A DNA stretch of 36,478 nucleotides from an uncultured Gemmatimonadota bacterium (GCA_964578925.1 CAZOEX010000001.1:1-36478); one strand, 5' to 3'. Positions 1 through 9,220 are shown, counted from the stretch's first letter. The notes: a model not told the origin generated them from the sequence alone. Translations and numbers: made by a program.

Positions 1-338
1 GTTTCTATCTCACCGACGTGATCGAGTTCGAGCACTGGCTCGACAACGAGCGCAACCGTCTCGAACGTCTCGCCACGGACGCGGCCTGGACGCTGGCGAC
101 CCGCTGCGAACGCTCCGGCGATGCACCCACCGCCATCCACTGGGGCCGTAAGGCGATGGAGCTGTCCCCTTTCGAGGAATCCCTTCTGCGACGGCTCATC
201 GAGCTGCAGCTACGCGTGGGCGATCGTGCCGGCGCGCTCAACACCTATGAGACCTTCGAACGCCGTCTTCGCGACGAGCTCGAGGCGGAGCCCACCGAAC
301 AGACCCTCGATCTAATCGAAAAGGTGCGGGCCGGGTAA
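1..338 (+). CDS. C-terminal fragment of a BTAD-domain (SARP/AfsR-type bacterial transcriptional activator domain) protein; the 5' end lies outside the window
   Basis: Reading frame 3 is open from the window edge to the stop at 336-338. The tail RKAMELSPFEESLLRRLIELQLRVGDRAGALNTYETFERRLRDELEAEPTEQTLDLIEKV matches the BTAD consensus pattern (dP..E...r.LM......Gdr..AL..Y......L..ELg.eP...t..L). Confidence 0.6.
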   Translation, partial: FYLTDVIEFEHWLDNERNRLERLATDAAWTLATRCERSGDAPTAIHWGRKAMELSPFEESLLRRLIELQLRVGDRAGALNTYETFERRLRDELEAEPTEQTLDLIEKVRAG

Positions 339-383
339 CAACCGGCCGGGACGCCATCGGGAGTCGTTATCTCGAGGCGAGCA

Positions 384-412
384 GGCAACCCTCCGGTGCC
401 CCCAGCCGTCGT
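384..412 (+). promoter_or_regulatory. Candidate ECF-type autoregulated promoter (GGCAACC-N16-CGTC) upstream of the first ECF sigma gene
   Basis: GGCAACC at 384-390 and CGTC at 407-410 give AAC-N17-CGT spacing, about 30 nt upstream of the GTG start at 440. This resembles the generic ECF -35 GGAAC / -10 CGT architecture. The call rests on the motif alone. Confidence 0.25.
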
Positions 413-439
413 ACTGTCGGCGAACACGAAAGGCACGAG

Positions 440-994
440 GTGTCCGAAGCTCAGCTGATCGCACAGGCGCGCGCGGGAGACCAGAGCGCGATGGCGACCC
501 TGTACGCGACGCACGCGGACCGGGTCTACTCCGTCGTGCGTCGGGTCGTCGGCGACGAGCATCTGGCCGAGGACGTGGCGCACGACGCCTGGATCCGCGC
601 GTTCGAAAAGCTTCACCTCTTTCGGGGCGACGCCGCGTTCTCGACCTGGATGTACCGGCTGGCGGTGAACGCGGCGGTCAACCGGGTGCGCTCACGCGGG
701 CGGCGCTCGAAGCTCGAGACGTCGCCGGAGCTGCGACTTCCGGTCCAGGAGCCCGACGAGACCGTGCTCCATCAGCGGCAGCTCGCCCGGGCGCTCGACG
801 CCCTGCCGGACGGCTACCGTACGGTGCTCGTCCTGCACGACGTCGAGGGGCTGACACACGAGGAGATCGGCGAGAAGCTCGGCATCGCGACCGGCACGTC
901 GAAATCTCAGTTGCACAAAGCGCGGGCTCGCATGCGAGACCTCCTCGCGCCGAGAGGGCAATCGGAGGAAGCAGAAGCGGAGAACCATGGTTGA
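440..994 (+). CDS. ECF-family RNA polymerase sigma factor (sigma-70 regions 2 and 4)
   Basis: 184 aa. Region 2 reads RVYSVVRRVVGDEHLAEDVAHDAWIRAFEKLHLFRGDAAFSTWMYRLAVNAAVN. Region 4 reads LPDGYRTVLVLHDVEGLTHEEIGEKLGIATGTSKSQLHKARARM. GTG start preceded by GAAAGG. Confidence 0.9.
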   Translation: MSEAQLIAQARAGDQSAMATLYATHADRVYSVVRRVVGDEHLAEDVAHDAWIRAFEKLHLFRGDAAFSTWMYRLAVNAAVNRVRSRGRRSKLETSPELRLPVQEPDETVLHQRQLARALDALPDGYRTVLVLHDVEGLTHEEIGEKLGIATGTSKSQLHKARARMRDLLAPRGQSEEAEAENHG

Positions 995-1706
995 GCATCT
1001 GACACGAGAACAGATCGCGGCTCTGATCGACGAGCCGGACGTCACGGCCGAGGGCCGGGCGCATCTGAACGTGTGTGAGGAATGCGCCCGGGAATTCGAA
1101 GCGATGAGCCGGACGCGCATGGCGCTCTCCGGGCTGCCCGACCTTTCGGCTCCAGAGGACGGATGGGCGCGGCTGCGCGAAGCGCTCGACGGCACCGCCG
1201 TCTCCGGCGGCACGGCGCAGGGCGGCTGGCTGAACTCCGCGTCGTGGGGTCCCGCGCTGTCGGCGGCCGCCGTCCTCGTCCTCTTTCTCGGCGGAATGGG
1301 CGTGGGCCGCTTGATCGCGCCCGACGGTCCCTCCGGACCATCGGGCCATGCGTCCGCCGAGTTGGCCACGGGCGACGCCGCGACGGGAACGACGGTCGCG
1401 GAGTCGGAGCCGGCGGCTGCCCTCGAGCAGCTCACGGGCGATTACCCCGAGTATCTGCAGACGGTGGCCGAGCTGCGGGAGCTGCGGGAAGGAGGGCCGA
1501 GCGCCGCGCAGATCGCCCGCAATCCCGCGCTGGCCGCCGAACGACTGACGCGTCTGGACGCGCTGATCGAGGCGTCCCGGGAAGCGCTTCGTGAGACGCC
1601 GGCCGATCCCGCGCTCAACGATTTTCTGTTCGACGTCGTCGACGAGCGCGCGTCGGTCGCCGGACAGCTGGATCAGAGTCTCCGCCAGGCGTCGATGGAG
1701 TACTGA
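987..1706 (+). CDS. Membrane-spanning zinc-binding (ZAS, zf-HC2) anti-sigma factor
   Basis: Overlaps the sigma gene by 8 nt. The N-terminus carries H-x3-C-x2-C (HLNVCEEC). One predicted TM segment (ALSAAAVLVLFLGGMGV) is followed by an extracytoplasmic helical domain. Confidence 0.75.
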   Translation: MVEHLTREQIAALIDEPDVTAEGRAHLNVCEECAREFEAMSRTRMALSGLPDLSAPEDGWARLREALDGTAVSGGTAQGGWLNSASWGPALSAAAVLVLFLGGMGVGRLIAPDGPSGPSGHASAELATGDAATGTTVAESEPAAALEQLTGDYPEYLQTVAELRELREGGPSAAQIARNPALAAERLTRLDALIEASREALRETPADPALNDFLFDVVDERASVAGQLDQSLRQASMEY

Positions 1707-3052
1707 TGAGAATCCGGCGAGCCCTTCGAGATCCTCTGGCGCCCGCCCTCGTCGCGGGTACGGCTGTCGCGGCACTGTTCGCCGTCGCCCGTCCGGCGTC
1801 CGGCCAGGAGGCGGCGCCTCCGTCGCCGGGGATCGCGGGTCACGGTGGTGGGGCCGGGATCCTCTCCCGTATGGCCCCACGGGCCGATCGCGCCCGGCTC
1901 GGTCTATTCCTGCGGCTGGACTGCGAGATCGAGTCGGAGGCGGACGGCGAATGTGCGGAGCCGCCCGTCGTTTCGAGCGTGATCGAGGACGCGCCGGCGG
2001 CCGACGCGGGCATTCAGCCGGGCGATACGCTCATCTCCCTCGACGGCGTCCCCCTGCGAACCGAGCGAGGCCGCCGGGCGCTCGGCGGGCTCAGAGCGGG
2101 CGTTCCGGTACGACTCGAGGTCGGCAGGGAGGGCGGGCGCCGGCAGGTCGAGGTGACGCCCTCGCGCCGTCCCATGGCGGGGCTGTTCGACGTGAACATC
2201 GAACGGGGCGCCTGGTGGCCCCGGGAGACCGCTGAAGTACGCGTGTTCCGCTTCCGGGACGATGACGGAGGCACGGCGGAATTCTACTTCTCGCCCACTT
2301 CGGAAGCGCCGCTCGCGCCGGAGGGCTTCGTGGTGTTCGGCGAGGACGAGACCGGCGAGCTCCGCCTGGAGACGGGACGGCCGGGTGTGACGCTCCGCAC
2401 ACCCGACGGACGCCGAATCGAGCTGGCGGAGCTGGCGCGCCGGGCGGCCGAGGACGACCGATTGAACGTCGAGATCGAGTCCGTGGAGGACATCGACGGC
2501 GAGGTGCGCCATCGCGTGGTACTCGAAAACGCGGAGCTGGCGAAACGGCTCGACTCCGTGCGAGAGGACGTACTGGAACAGGCTCGGGTGCGCATCGAGT
2601 CGCTCCGTCGTCGCCAGGCCGAGCTGGCGCGGCGCGGCGAACTTCCGCCGGCCGCCGCCGCGGGCTTCAGCTATCGGGTCCGCTCGGGCACGTCCCCCGA
2701 ACCGGAGATGCGGCCGCCCGCGCCGCCGTCGCGGCACCATGGCTTCCGGTACTCGGCCGTCGCGCCCGATCATCGCCTGGCGGGCGCGGAGTTCCGTCCG
2801 CTGACGCCGGAGCTCGCAGAGTACTTCCCCGTCGAGTCCGGCCTCCTGGTGCTGCGGGTGATTCCCGCGACGCCGGCGCATGCCCTCGGGCTGCGCGGGG
2901 GCGATGTGGTCGTGGAGGTGGGAGGCCGCAAGATGCCGGATGTCAACGTGTTCCGGCGACTCGTCGCGGAATCCCTGGCGGCGGGTGAGCCCCTGGACGT
3001 AAAGTGGAATCGTAAAGGGAGCGAGATGGAGGGCCGGCTGCTCGGCGACTGA
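1706..3052 (+). CDS. Secreted protein with two PDZ domains flanking a coiled-coil segment
   Basis: The start ATG shares 1 nt with the anti-sigma stop. Signal-like N-terminus (LVAGTAVAALFAVARPASGQE). PDZ-type motifs GIQPGDTLISLDGVPL and GLRGGDVVVEVGGRKMPDVNVFRRLV. No protease domain recognised. Confidence 0.7.
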   Translation: MRIRRALRDPLAPALVAGTAVAALFAVARPASGQEAAPPSPGIAGHGGGAGILSRMAPRADRARLGLFLRLDCEIESEADGECAEPPVVSSVIEDAPAADAGIQPGDTLISLDGVPLRTERGRRALGGLRAGVPVRLEVGREGGRRQVEVTPSRRPMAGLFDVNIERGAWWPRETAEVRVFRFRDDDGGTAEFYFSPTSEAPLAPEGFVVFGEDETGELRLETGRPGVTLRTPDGRRIELAELARRAAEDDRLNVEIESVEDIDGEVRHRVVLENAELAKRLDSVREDVLEQARVRIESLRRRQAELARRGELPPAAAAGFSYRVRSGTSPEPEMRPPAPPSRHHGFRYSAVAPDHRLAGAEFRPLTPELAEYFPVESGLLVLRVIPATPAHALGLRGGDVVVEVGGRKMPDVNVFRRLVAESLAAGEPLDVKWNRKGSEMEGRLLGD

Positions 3053-3066
3053 ACCCGGTCGCCTCC

Positions 3067-4242
3067 TTGTCGCTTCCTCCCGGCCAGCGGCATCTTCCGG
3101 GGATGGACGAACAGCGGGGAATCGACGAGAGCCGGGACAGCCCGGTGCCGGACGCGCACGACGCCATCGCCGCGGACTTCGAATCCGCCTTCGCGGAGTG
3201 GGAGGTGGATCCCCGGGCCTGGCCGGAGTCGGCATTCGAATCACGGGCCCTCCGGGCGTTCCGGCTGCAATTCGAGGCGAACCGGCCCTACGCGCGGTAC
3301 TGCCGCGCGAGCGGCGCAACGCCCGACTCGGTCGAGCGCTGGCGCGACATCCCGCCGGTGCCCACGGCGGCCTTCCGCGCCGTCGAGCTGATCGTGGGCG
3401 ATCCGGCCGACGCGCAGCTGCGCTTTCGGACCAGTGGTACGAGCGGGGGCGCGGCCGCCCGGGGCACCCACCTCGTGCGGCGTCCGGCGACCTACCGTGC
3501 CTCCCTGCTCGGCCCGTTCCGCCACTCCGTGTTCGGTGGCCGCTCCGCCGGGCGCATTCTTCTCTTGCATCCGCCTTTCGAGCCGACCCGCGAATCTTCC
3601 CTCGCCTGGATGCTGGATACGGTGTTCGAGGAGTTCGGCACGTCGGACTCGAGGCGCATCGAACCGTCCGGCGCCGGGGATCCGTCCGCCCCCGCCGGGA
3701 TCGACACGCTCGAGGCGGCTGCGGCGGCCGAGGAGCCGGTGGCCATCCTCGGCACGACGCTCGCTCTCGCCGAGTGGGGGGACCGTCTGGCGGCCGCGGA
3801 CGTGCGCATCGACCTCCCCACGGAATCCCGCGTCATGGACACGGGGGGTGCCAAGGGACGGGAGGATCTGGAACGGGACGCGGCGATCGGCGATCTCCTG
3901 GGGCGCTTCGGGCTGGCCGCGGACGCCGCGGTCAACGAGTTCGGTATGACCGAGCTTCTCTCGCAGCGTTACGCTCCGGGGCTCGGACGGCTCGCCTTGC
4001 GCGGCCCGCCCTGGCTGCGGAGCCGGGTACTCGATCCCGTGACCCTGGAGGAGCGGCCGGAGGGCGACGAAGGCATCCTCTGCCACTACGATCTCGCCAA
4101 CGTCGGCAGCGTGATCGCCGTCCTCACGGCGGATCGCGGCCGCGCCGTGGGCGACGCGATCGAATGGCTGGGACGTACGCCGGGCGCCGAGCCCCGCGGA
4201 TGCTCGCTCGCGACGGCCGAGTTGTTGGAGGCACAGCGATGA
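3067..4242 (+). CDS. LuxE-like acyl-protein synthetase / adenylate-forming enzyme (PaaK-like fold)
   Basis: N-terminal region FRLQFEANRPYARYCRASGATPDSVERWRDIPPVPTAAFR and P-loop-like FRTSGTSG are typical of the LuxE family. The stop overlaps the next gene (ATGA). The start is uncertain: TTG at 3067 or ATG at 3103. Confidence 0.65.
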   Translation: MSLPPGQRHLPGMDEQRGIDESRDSPVPDAHDAIAADFESAFAEWEVDPRAWPESAFESRALRAFRLQFEANRPYARYCRASGATPDSVERWRDIPPVPTAAFRAVELIVGDPADAQLRFRTSGTSGGAAARGTHLVRRPATYRASLLGPFRHSVFGGRSAGRILLLHPPFEPTRESSLAWMLDTVFEEFGTSDSRRIEPSGAGDPSAPAGIDTLEAAAAAEEPVAILGTTLALAEWGDRLAAADVRIDLPTESRVMDTGGAKGREDLERDAAIGDLLGRFGLAADAAVNEFGMTELLSQRYAPGLGRLALRGPPWLRSRVLDPVTLEERPEGDEGILCHYDLANVGSVIAVLTADRGRAVGDAIEWLGRTPGAEPRGCSLATAELLEAQR

Positions 4243-5708
4243 GCGAGGATCCGCTTCGAGACGACCCTGCGTGGTTACCGGGCTTCGAGCGCACGATGGA
4301 CCCGGAACGTCGGTTCGCCGGAAGGACTGTTGCCGGCGCATCTTTCCATGCGCCGGCGCTGGAGGAGGCCCAGTATGCCCGGGTAGCCGAGCACGTCCGA
4401 GCGAAGGCGCTGGAGGTACGGGCGAGCCATCGGGTGGCAGACGTCGTGGCGGCCGTGGCCGCCGCGGCAGGACGCCTCGCCGATCCGGACGATGCCTTCG
4501 GCGAAGCGGCGGTCGACGCCGTGGGACGCGCCTCGGGATGCTCGGTCCCCGCCGCTCGCGAGCTGCTTCGCGAGCACGCGAGAGGCTGGACGACCACCGC
4601 CCTGACGGAGCTGCTGGAGGAAGAGCTGGGGGATCCCGGCTTTCTGGACGGCCCGCGGCCCGACGATGCCCGCCCGGGCCGCCGCCGCCGCGCCGTCGGG
4701 CCACCGCTGATCCACCTCGTCCTCGCCGGCAACGTGCCGGGTGTCGCGGTGACCGCCGTGATCCGCTGTCTCCTGGTCCGCTCCGGCGTGCTGTGCAAAC
4801 TGCCCTCGAGCGAGCCCTGGCTCGTCGGCCTGTTCGCGCGCGCCCTCCACGAGGAAGCTCCCGCCCTGGGGGCGACCGTGGCCGCGACCTGGTGGCCGAC
4901 GTCGTCCCGCGCCGACGTCCCGGATGGAGTCCACGCGGCCGACGCCGCGGCCGCATGGACTAATCGATCAGGTAAAGTCGTCGTGTACGGTGGCGACGAG
5001 GCGATCCGCGCGACGCGGGTACGTACGCCGCCATCGACACACATCGTCGAATACGGACCACGGATAGGCGTAGCGCTCCTTGGATCTGGCGCGACGGACC
5101 GGGAGCTCGAGGGCCTGGCGCGCGACACCTTCGCCTACGGGCAGGCAGGTTGTGTATCGCCTCGCTTGGTGTACATGCTTAGTGAAGATGAACCACTTCC
5201 GCCCGGAACCGGCTCACAGCAGAGGATCGCGCGCCTGCTCGATCGCTTAGCGATAGCACTAAGTGATCAGGCGATGGCCGCTTCGGCGCTACGCCTGACC
5301 GACGAGGAAGCCGTGGCGATCCGCGAGGCGCGATCGGCCCTGCAGTTCGACGCGGAAGCGGGGGAGGTTCGCGGACCCACCGGACTGGAGTGGACCCTCC
5401 TGTACCGACGGAAGACCGACACGTACAGTGAACCCCTCCCGCGCGTCCTTTGGGCGTACGGGCTGGCGGGGGTCGAGGAACTGGGTGAGTTGCGGCGCGT
5501 ACTCGAGGGACGAATCCAGGCCCTGGGGATCGCGGGACTCCCGCCGGCGACCGAGCGGCGGGCCGAAGAGCTGGCCGTCGAGCTCGGCGTAAGCCGGGTG
5601 ACGCGGCCCGGCGAAATGGCCTGGCCGCCGCCCGACTGGCGCCACGACGGCCGGATGCAGCTCCTGCCGCTGGTGCGCTGGACCGATTTCGAGACGACGA
5701 ACGACTGA
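4239..5708 (+). CDS. LuxC-like acyl-CoA (acyl-thioester) reductase, aldehyde-dehydrogenase superfamily
   Basis: 489 aa from the ATG at 4239 (ATGA overlap with the LuxE-like stop). HLVLAGNVPGVAVTAVIRCLLVRSGVLCKLPSSEP matches the LuxC signature (H..AGN.P.........L......K.ss). Candidate catalytic Cys in YGQAGCVSPR. The 836-aa track ORF extends upstream only because the frame stays open across the LuxE gene. Confidence 0.75.
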   Translation: MSEDPLRDDPAWLPGFERTMDPERRFAGRTVAGASFHAPALEEAQYARVAEHVRAKALEVRASHRVADVVAAVAAAAGRLADPDDAFGEAAVDAVGRASGCSVPAARELLREHARGWTTTALTELLEEELGDPGFLDGPRPDDARPGRRRRAVGPPLIHLVLAGNVPGVAVTAVIRCLLVRSGVLCKLPSSEPWLVGLFARALHEEAPALGATVAATWWPTSSRADVPDGVHAADAAAAWTNRSGKVVVYGGDEAIRATRVRTPPSTHIVEYGPRIGVALLGSGATDRELEGLARDTFAYGQAGCVSPRLVYMLSEDEPLPPGTGSQQRIARLLDRLAIALSDQAMAASALRLTDEEAVAIREARSALQFDAEAGEVRGPTGLEWTLLYRRKTDTYSEPLPRVLWAYGLAGVEELGELRRVLEGRIQALGIAGLPPATERRAEELAVELGVSRVTRPGEMAWPPPDWRHDGRMQLLPLVRWTDFETTND

Positions 5709-5722
5709 TCGAGGACGAGAAG

Positions 5723-7804
5723 ATGAAGGCAGTGAGACACGCTATGTCGAGATCAATGGAGGCCGGTGCCCTGGTAGCGGGATCGCTGGTCCTGGCCTTC
5801 GCGCTTCCCGGCGCGCTGTGCGCGCAAGAGGCCGGAGCGGACGGAACGCCACCTCCGACAGCGGGGGACGCCCTGATTTCCGAGACGCCCGTCTTCATGC
5901 CGGTCACCCCGCCGCCGGGCTACCAGCGGGCCGTGGAGGCGGGCACGCGCTCGGCCGACGGCCGGCCGGGCCCCGAGTACTGGCAGAATCGAGTGGACTA
6001 CTCGATCGACGTCAGCCTCGACCCGGCGTCCGCCCGAATCACCGGATCCGAGGTCGCCACCCTGCACAACAACGCCCCGGTGCAGATCCCGTTCATCGTC
6101 GTGCGGCTCTACCAGAACGTCTTCTCGGAGGGCGTCCAGCGGAACCGGACCGTCGACCTGACCGGCGGCATGTCGATCGAACGGGTGACCGTGGACGGAA
6201 CGGAACTGCGCGATCTGAGCGACGATCCGGAGGCCGGACAGCAGGATCCCGGATACCGCATCTTCGGCACGCTGATGGTGATCCGCCCGCCCGCCGCGGT
6301 GGCGTCCGGGGCGACCGCGGAAATCGGCGTCGACTGGTCCTTCACCGTATCGGGCGGCGGCGGGTTTCGGCACGGTCACCTCGACAACGAGATCTTCAAC
6401 CTGGCCCAGTGGTATCCGCAGATCGCGGTCTTCGACGACGTATTCGGAATGGACACGGACGCCTACCTCGGCGACGGTGAGTTCTACGTGAACTACGGCG
6501 ACTTCGACGTCTCGATCGACGTGCCCGCCGGCTGGGTGGTCGTAGCGAGCGGCGAGTTGCAGAACCCGGCGGAGGTGCTGTACGAAGAGCAGGTCGAGAC
6601 GCTCTCGGCCGCGCCGCAACTCGACACCGTCGTTCACGTGGTCAGCCCCGCGGACGTAGCCGCCGGGGCCGAGCGCATGACGAGGTCGTCCGAGTCCGGG
6701 CGGCTGACCTGGGAATTCCTGGCCGAGGATGTCCGCGACTTCGCCTGGGCCACGTCGAACCGCTACGCCTGGAACGTGACGGGCGCCGCGACCGGTGACG
6801 CGGAGGACGGCCGGGCGTTGATCCAGGGCGTCTATCCGCCGGACGCCGAGACATGGGCGCAGGCGGCGCCGATGGGGAAGGCCGCGATCGAGTTCTTCAG
6901 CGAGCAGATGACGCCCTATCCCTATCCGCACGCCACGGTCGCCTACGGGCCGCCGCAGGTAGGCGGGATGGAATACCCGATGATCACCTTCATCAATCAT
7001 CGGGACGATCCGGTCTCGCTGAACGGAACCACGACCCACGAGCTGAGCCACTTCTGGGTGCCCATGCTCGTCGGCACGAAGGAGGCGGCCTACGCCTGGA
7101 TGGACGAGGGGCTCACGACCTTCAACACCGCGCTCGCTCTCACGGACTACTACGGGGAGGAAACGCCCGAGGGCCGCACGCGTGTCGGCGCCATGCGAGG
7201 TTACCTGCAGGCCGTACAGGCGAACGCCGAGGTCCCGATCATGCGGCACACCGACTATGCCGAGAACGGCTTCGGCCGCGGGATCGCCGCCTACTCGAAG
7301 CCGGGTATGCTGCTGCACAGCCTGCGGCACATGATGGGTGAAGAGACCTTCGACGCGGCCTATCGCGACTACGTCGACACGTGGTCCTACAAGCATCCCA
7401 TGCCCTGGGACTTCTTTCGCAGGATGGAGGAGGCCGCCGGTACGGATCTCGACTGGTTCTGGCAGGCCTGGTTCTACCGGACCGCCACGCTCGACCAGGA
7501 ACTGGCGTCCGTGCAGACGACCGAAGGCGGCGTTCGGGTGACCGTTCGCAACAACTCCGACGCCGTGATGCCCGTCGAGCTGCAGATCGAACGGGCCGAC
7601 GGCTCGACCTCGACCCACGTCTGGCCCGTGAACGTCTGGGCCGGAACGCGCGAAGTGACCCGCACGATCGAGAGCACCGACGGCGGCGAAGTGGTCGGCG
7701 CCACCATCGACCCGGAGGCCTGGTACCCCGACTACGATCGATCCAACAACAGCTGGGGGCGGCCCGGCGCCGCGACGTCCGGCGACGAGGGCTCCGGGGG
7801 CTGA
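5723..7804 (+). CDS. Secreted M1-family zinc metallopeptidase (aminopeptidase N-like)
   Basis: Signal peptide (LVLAFALPGALCAQE). GGMEYPM exopeptidase motif (GxMEN-like). HELSHFW plus WMDEGLTTF gives the HExxH-x18-E zinc site. Confidence 0.9.
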   Translation: MKAVRHAMSRSMEAGALVAGSLVLAFALPGALCAQEAGADGTPPPTAGDALISETPVFMPVTPPPGYQRAVEAGTRSADGRPGPEYWQNRVDYSIDVSLDPASARITGSEVATLHNNAPVQIPFIVVRLYQNVFSEGVQRNRTVDLTGGMSIERVTVDGTELRDLSDDPEAGQQDPGYRIFGTLMVIRPPAAVASGATAEIGVDWSFTVSGGGGFRHGHLDNEIFNLAQWYPQIAVFDDVFGMDTDAYLGDGEFYVNYGDFDVSIDVPAGWVVVASGELQNPAEVLYEEQVETLSAAPQLDTVVHVVSPADVAAGAERMTRSSESGRLTWEFLAEDVRDFAWATSNRYAWNVTGAATGDAEDGRALIQGVYPPDAETWAQAAPMGKAAIEFFSEQMTPYPYPHATVAYGPPQVGGMEYPMITFINHRDDPVSLNGTTTHELSHFWVPMLVGTKEAAYAWMDEGLTTFNTALALTDYYGEETPEGRTRVGAMRGYLQAVQANAEVPIMRHTDYAENGFGRGIAAYSKPGMLLHSLRHMMGEETFDAAYRDYVDTWSYKHPMPWDFFRRMEEAAGTDLDWFWQAWFYRTATLDQELASVQTTEGGVRVTVRNNSDAVMPVELQIERADGSTSTHVWPVNVWAGTREVTRTIESTDGGEVVGATIDPEAWYPDYDRSNNSWGRPGAATSGDEGSGG

Positions 7805-9075
7805 TGGAGGCCGTGGCGACCGACCGTACCGCGATCTGGGAGCGCGTGGAGGCCTTTTTCTCCGCGCGTCCCGAGATCGTGTTCGAGTGGAACGACCCCG
7901 AGTCGCCCGCCCGCGGATGGCTCGTCGTCAACAGCCTGAAGGGCGGCGCGGCGGGCGGCGGGACCCGTATGCGATCGGGCCTCACCCGCGACGAGGTCAC
8001 GTTTCTGGCGAAGGCGATGGAGCTCAAGTTCGCCCTCGCCGGTCCGCCGATCGGCGGCGCGAAGTCCGGAATCGACTTCGACCCGTCCGATCCGCGAAAA
8101 CCCGAGGTGCTGCGGCGCTGGTTTTCGGCCATCCGCGGCGAGCTCGAGACCCGCTACGGCACCGCCGGCGATCTCAACGTGAGCGAGTCGGACGAAGTGA
8201 TCCCTCTCTGCCGGGACCTGGGCATCGAGCATCCCCAGATGGGGGTCCTGCGAGGCCACTTCGGGCTCACCGGAGGGGCGCTCGCCGAACGCTGCCGCCT
8301 GATGCGCCAGGGGCTGGATCTCACCGTTCCCGCGCCGTACGGCCTGGCCGGCAAGAAGGCGCGGGTGTTCGGGATGGTGACCGGCTACAGCGTCGCCCAG
8401 TCCACCTTCAGCCTGCTCGAGCGCCAGGGACGGCCGCTCGCGGGCACGCGGGTGCTCCTGCAGGGATTCGGCGCGGTGGGCGGCGCGGCGGCGCTCTATC
8501 TCGCCAGGAAGGGGCTATCGGTGGTCGGCATCGTCGATGCCCGCGACGCGCTGCTCGCTCGCGATGGGCTCGGGGTCGAGGAGATCGAGAAGCTGCTCTT
8601 GAGCCGCCGCGGCAATACGCTGCCGGAGACGCTGAACGAGGAGTTCGGGGCCGCGGCGCGGCGCGAGGAGTTCTGGGACGTACCGGCCGACGTCTTCGTG
8701 GCCGCGGCCGCGTCCGGCACCCTCGACGAGGCGCGGCTCGATCGGCTCGAGTCCGCCGGCGTCGAAGTGATCGTCAGTGGCGCCAACCATCCATTCGCAG
8801 CCGAGCACCCCGGCGATACACGGATCGAGCGTGACGCCGACGAACGCTTCGCCATCGCGGCCGACGTGATCGCGAGCTGCGGCACCGCCCGGGCGTTCGC
8901 CTGCGCCAGCGCGAGCGACACCGCGCTCGAGCCCGAGACCGTCTTCCGCGCGATCCGGCATACGGTGGGCGAGGGCGTCGACGAGGCCGTACGCCGCGCC
9001 GGGAGCGCCGAGCGCGGGCTGCTGGCGGGAGCGCTGGACCTGGCGCTCGACCGGGGTAGGCGGGGGAGCGGCTGA
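7804..9075 (+). CDS. Glu/Leu/Phe/Val dehydrogenase-family amino-acid dehydrogenase
   Basis: 423 aa from the ATG at 7804 (TGATG junction with the M1 stop). GGAAGGGTRM and KFALAGPPIGGAKSGIDFDP (catalytic-Lys box). Rossmann motif LLQGFGAVGGAAALYL. Confidence 0.8.
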   Translation: MEAVATDRTAIWERVEAFFSARPEIVFEWNDPESPARGWLVVNSLKGGAAGGGTRMRSGLTRDEVTFLAKAMELKFALAGPPIGGAKSGIDFDPSDPRKPEVLRRWFSAIRGELETRYGTAGDLNVSESDEVIPLCRDLGIEHPQMGVLRGHFGLTGGALAERCRLMRQGLDLTVPAPYGLAGKKARVFGMVTGYSVAQSTFSLLERQGRPLAGTRVLLQGFGAVGGAAALYLARKGLSVVGIVDARDALLARDGLGVEEIEKLLLSRRGNTLPETLNEEFGAAARREEFWDVPADVFVAAAASGTLDEARLDRLESAGVEVIVSGANHPFAAEHPGDTRIERDADERFAIAADVIASCGTARAFACASASDTALEPETVFRAIRHTVGEGVDEAVRRAGSAERGLLAGALDLALDRGRRGSG

Positions 9076-9220
9076 TACGGGCTGTGGCACTCTGCGGAGC
9101 TGGATCCGCGAACGCTCCATCGATGACCCTCAGATTCGACTCCGCAGCGACGACGATCAGCCGCACGTAACTTCGAAGCACGGTCCACTGGACGGTCCCA
9201 CTTCACCCCGGAGGTTTCGG

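Noticed and set aside
3198-4238. The N-terminal 347 aa of the 836-aa ORF 3198-5708, which would imply a giant LuxC fusion protein
   Set aside because: This part overlaps the LuxE-like gene out of frame and translates to RG-rich nonsense. A proper ATG at 4239 in an ATGA coupling gives a normal-length LuxC-like protein.
678-4956. Very long antisense or alternative-frame ORFs (for example 678-1880 minus, 1904-3319 minus, 3241-4956 minus; also 5753-7618 minus, 27327-29453 minus, 30072-31319 minus)
   Set aside because: Their translations are Arg/Pro/Gly/Ala-rich low-complexity strings with no domain signatures, and they lie opposite genes with clear family motifs. These are typical open-frame artefacts of roughly 70% GC DNA.
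4960-5270. Locally AT-richer codon usage inside the LuxC-like gene (for example CTTAGTGAAGATGAACCACTT, TTAGCGATAGCACTAAGTGATCAG) with a 7-bp inverted repeat CTTAGTG/CACTAAG
   Set aside because: The reading frame and LuxC motifs, including the catalytic Cys region, continue uninterrupted. The repeat is short and widely spaced. This is more likely compositional noise than an embedded element.
9092-9147. An 8-bp inverted repeat CTGCGGAG ... CTCCGCAG downstream of the dehydrogenase gene, as a terminator or sRNA
   Set aside because: A 40-nt loop, a short stem and no U-tract make this a weak candidate, and it could easily arise by chance.
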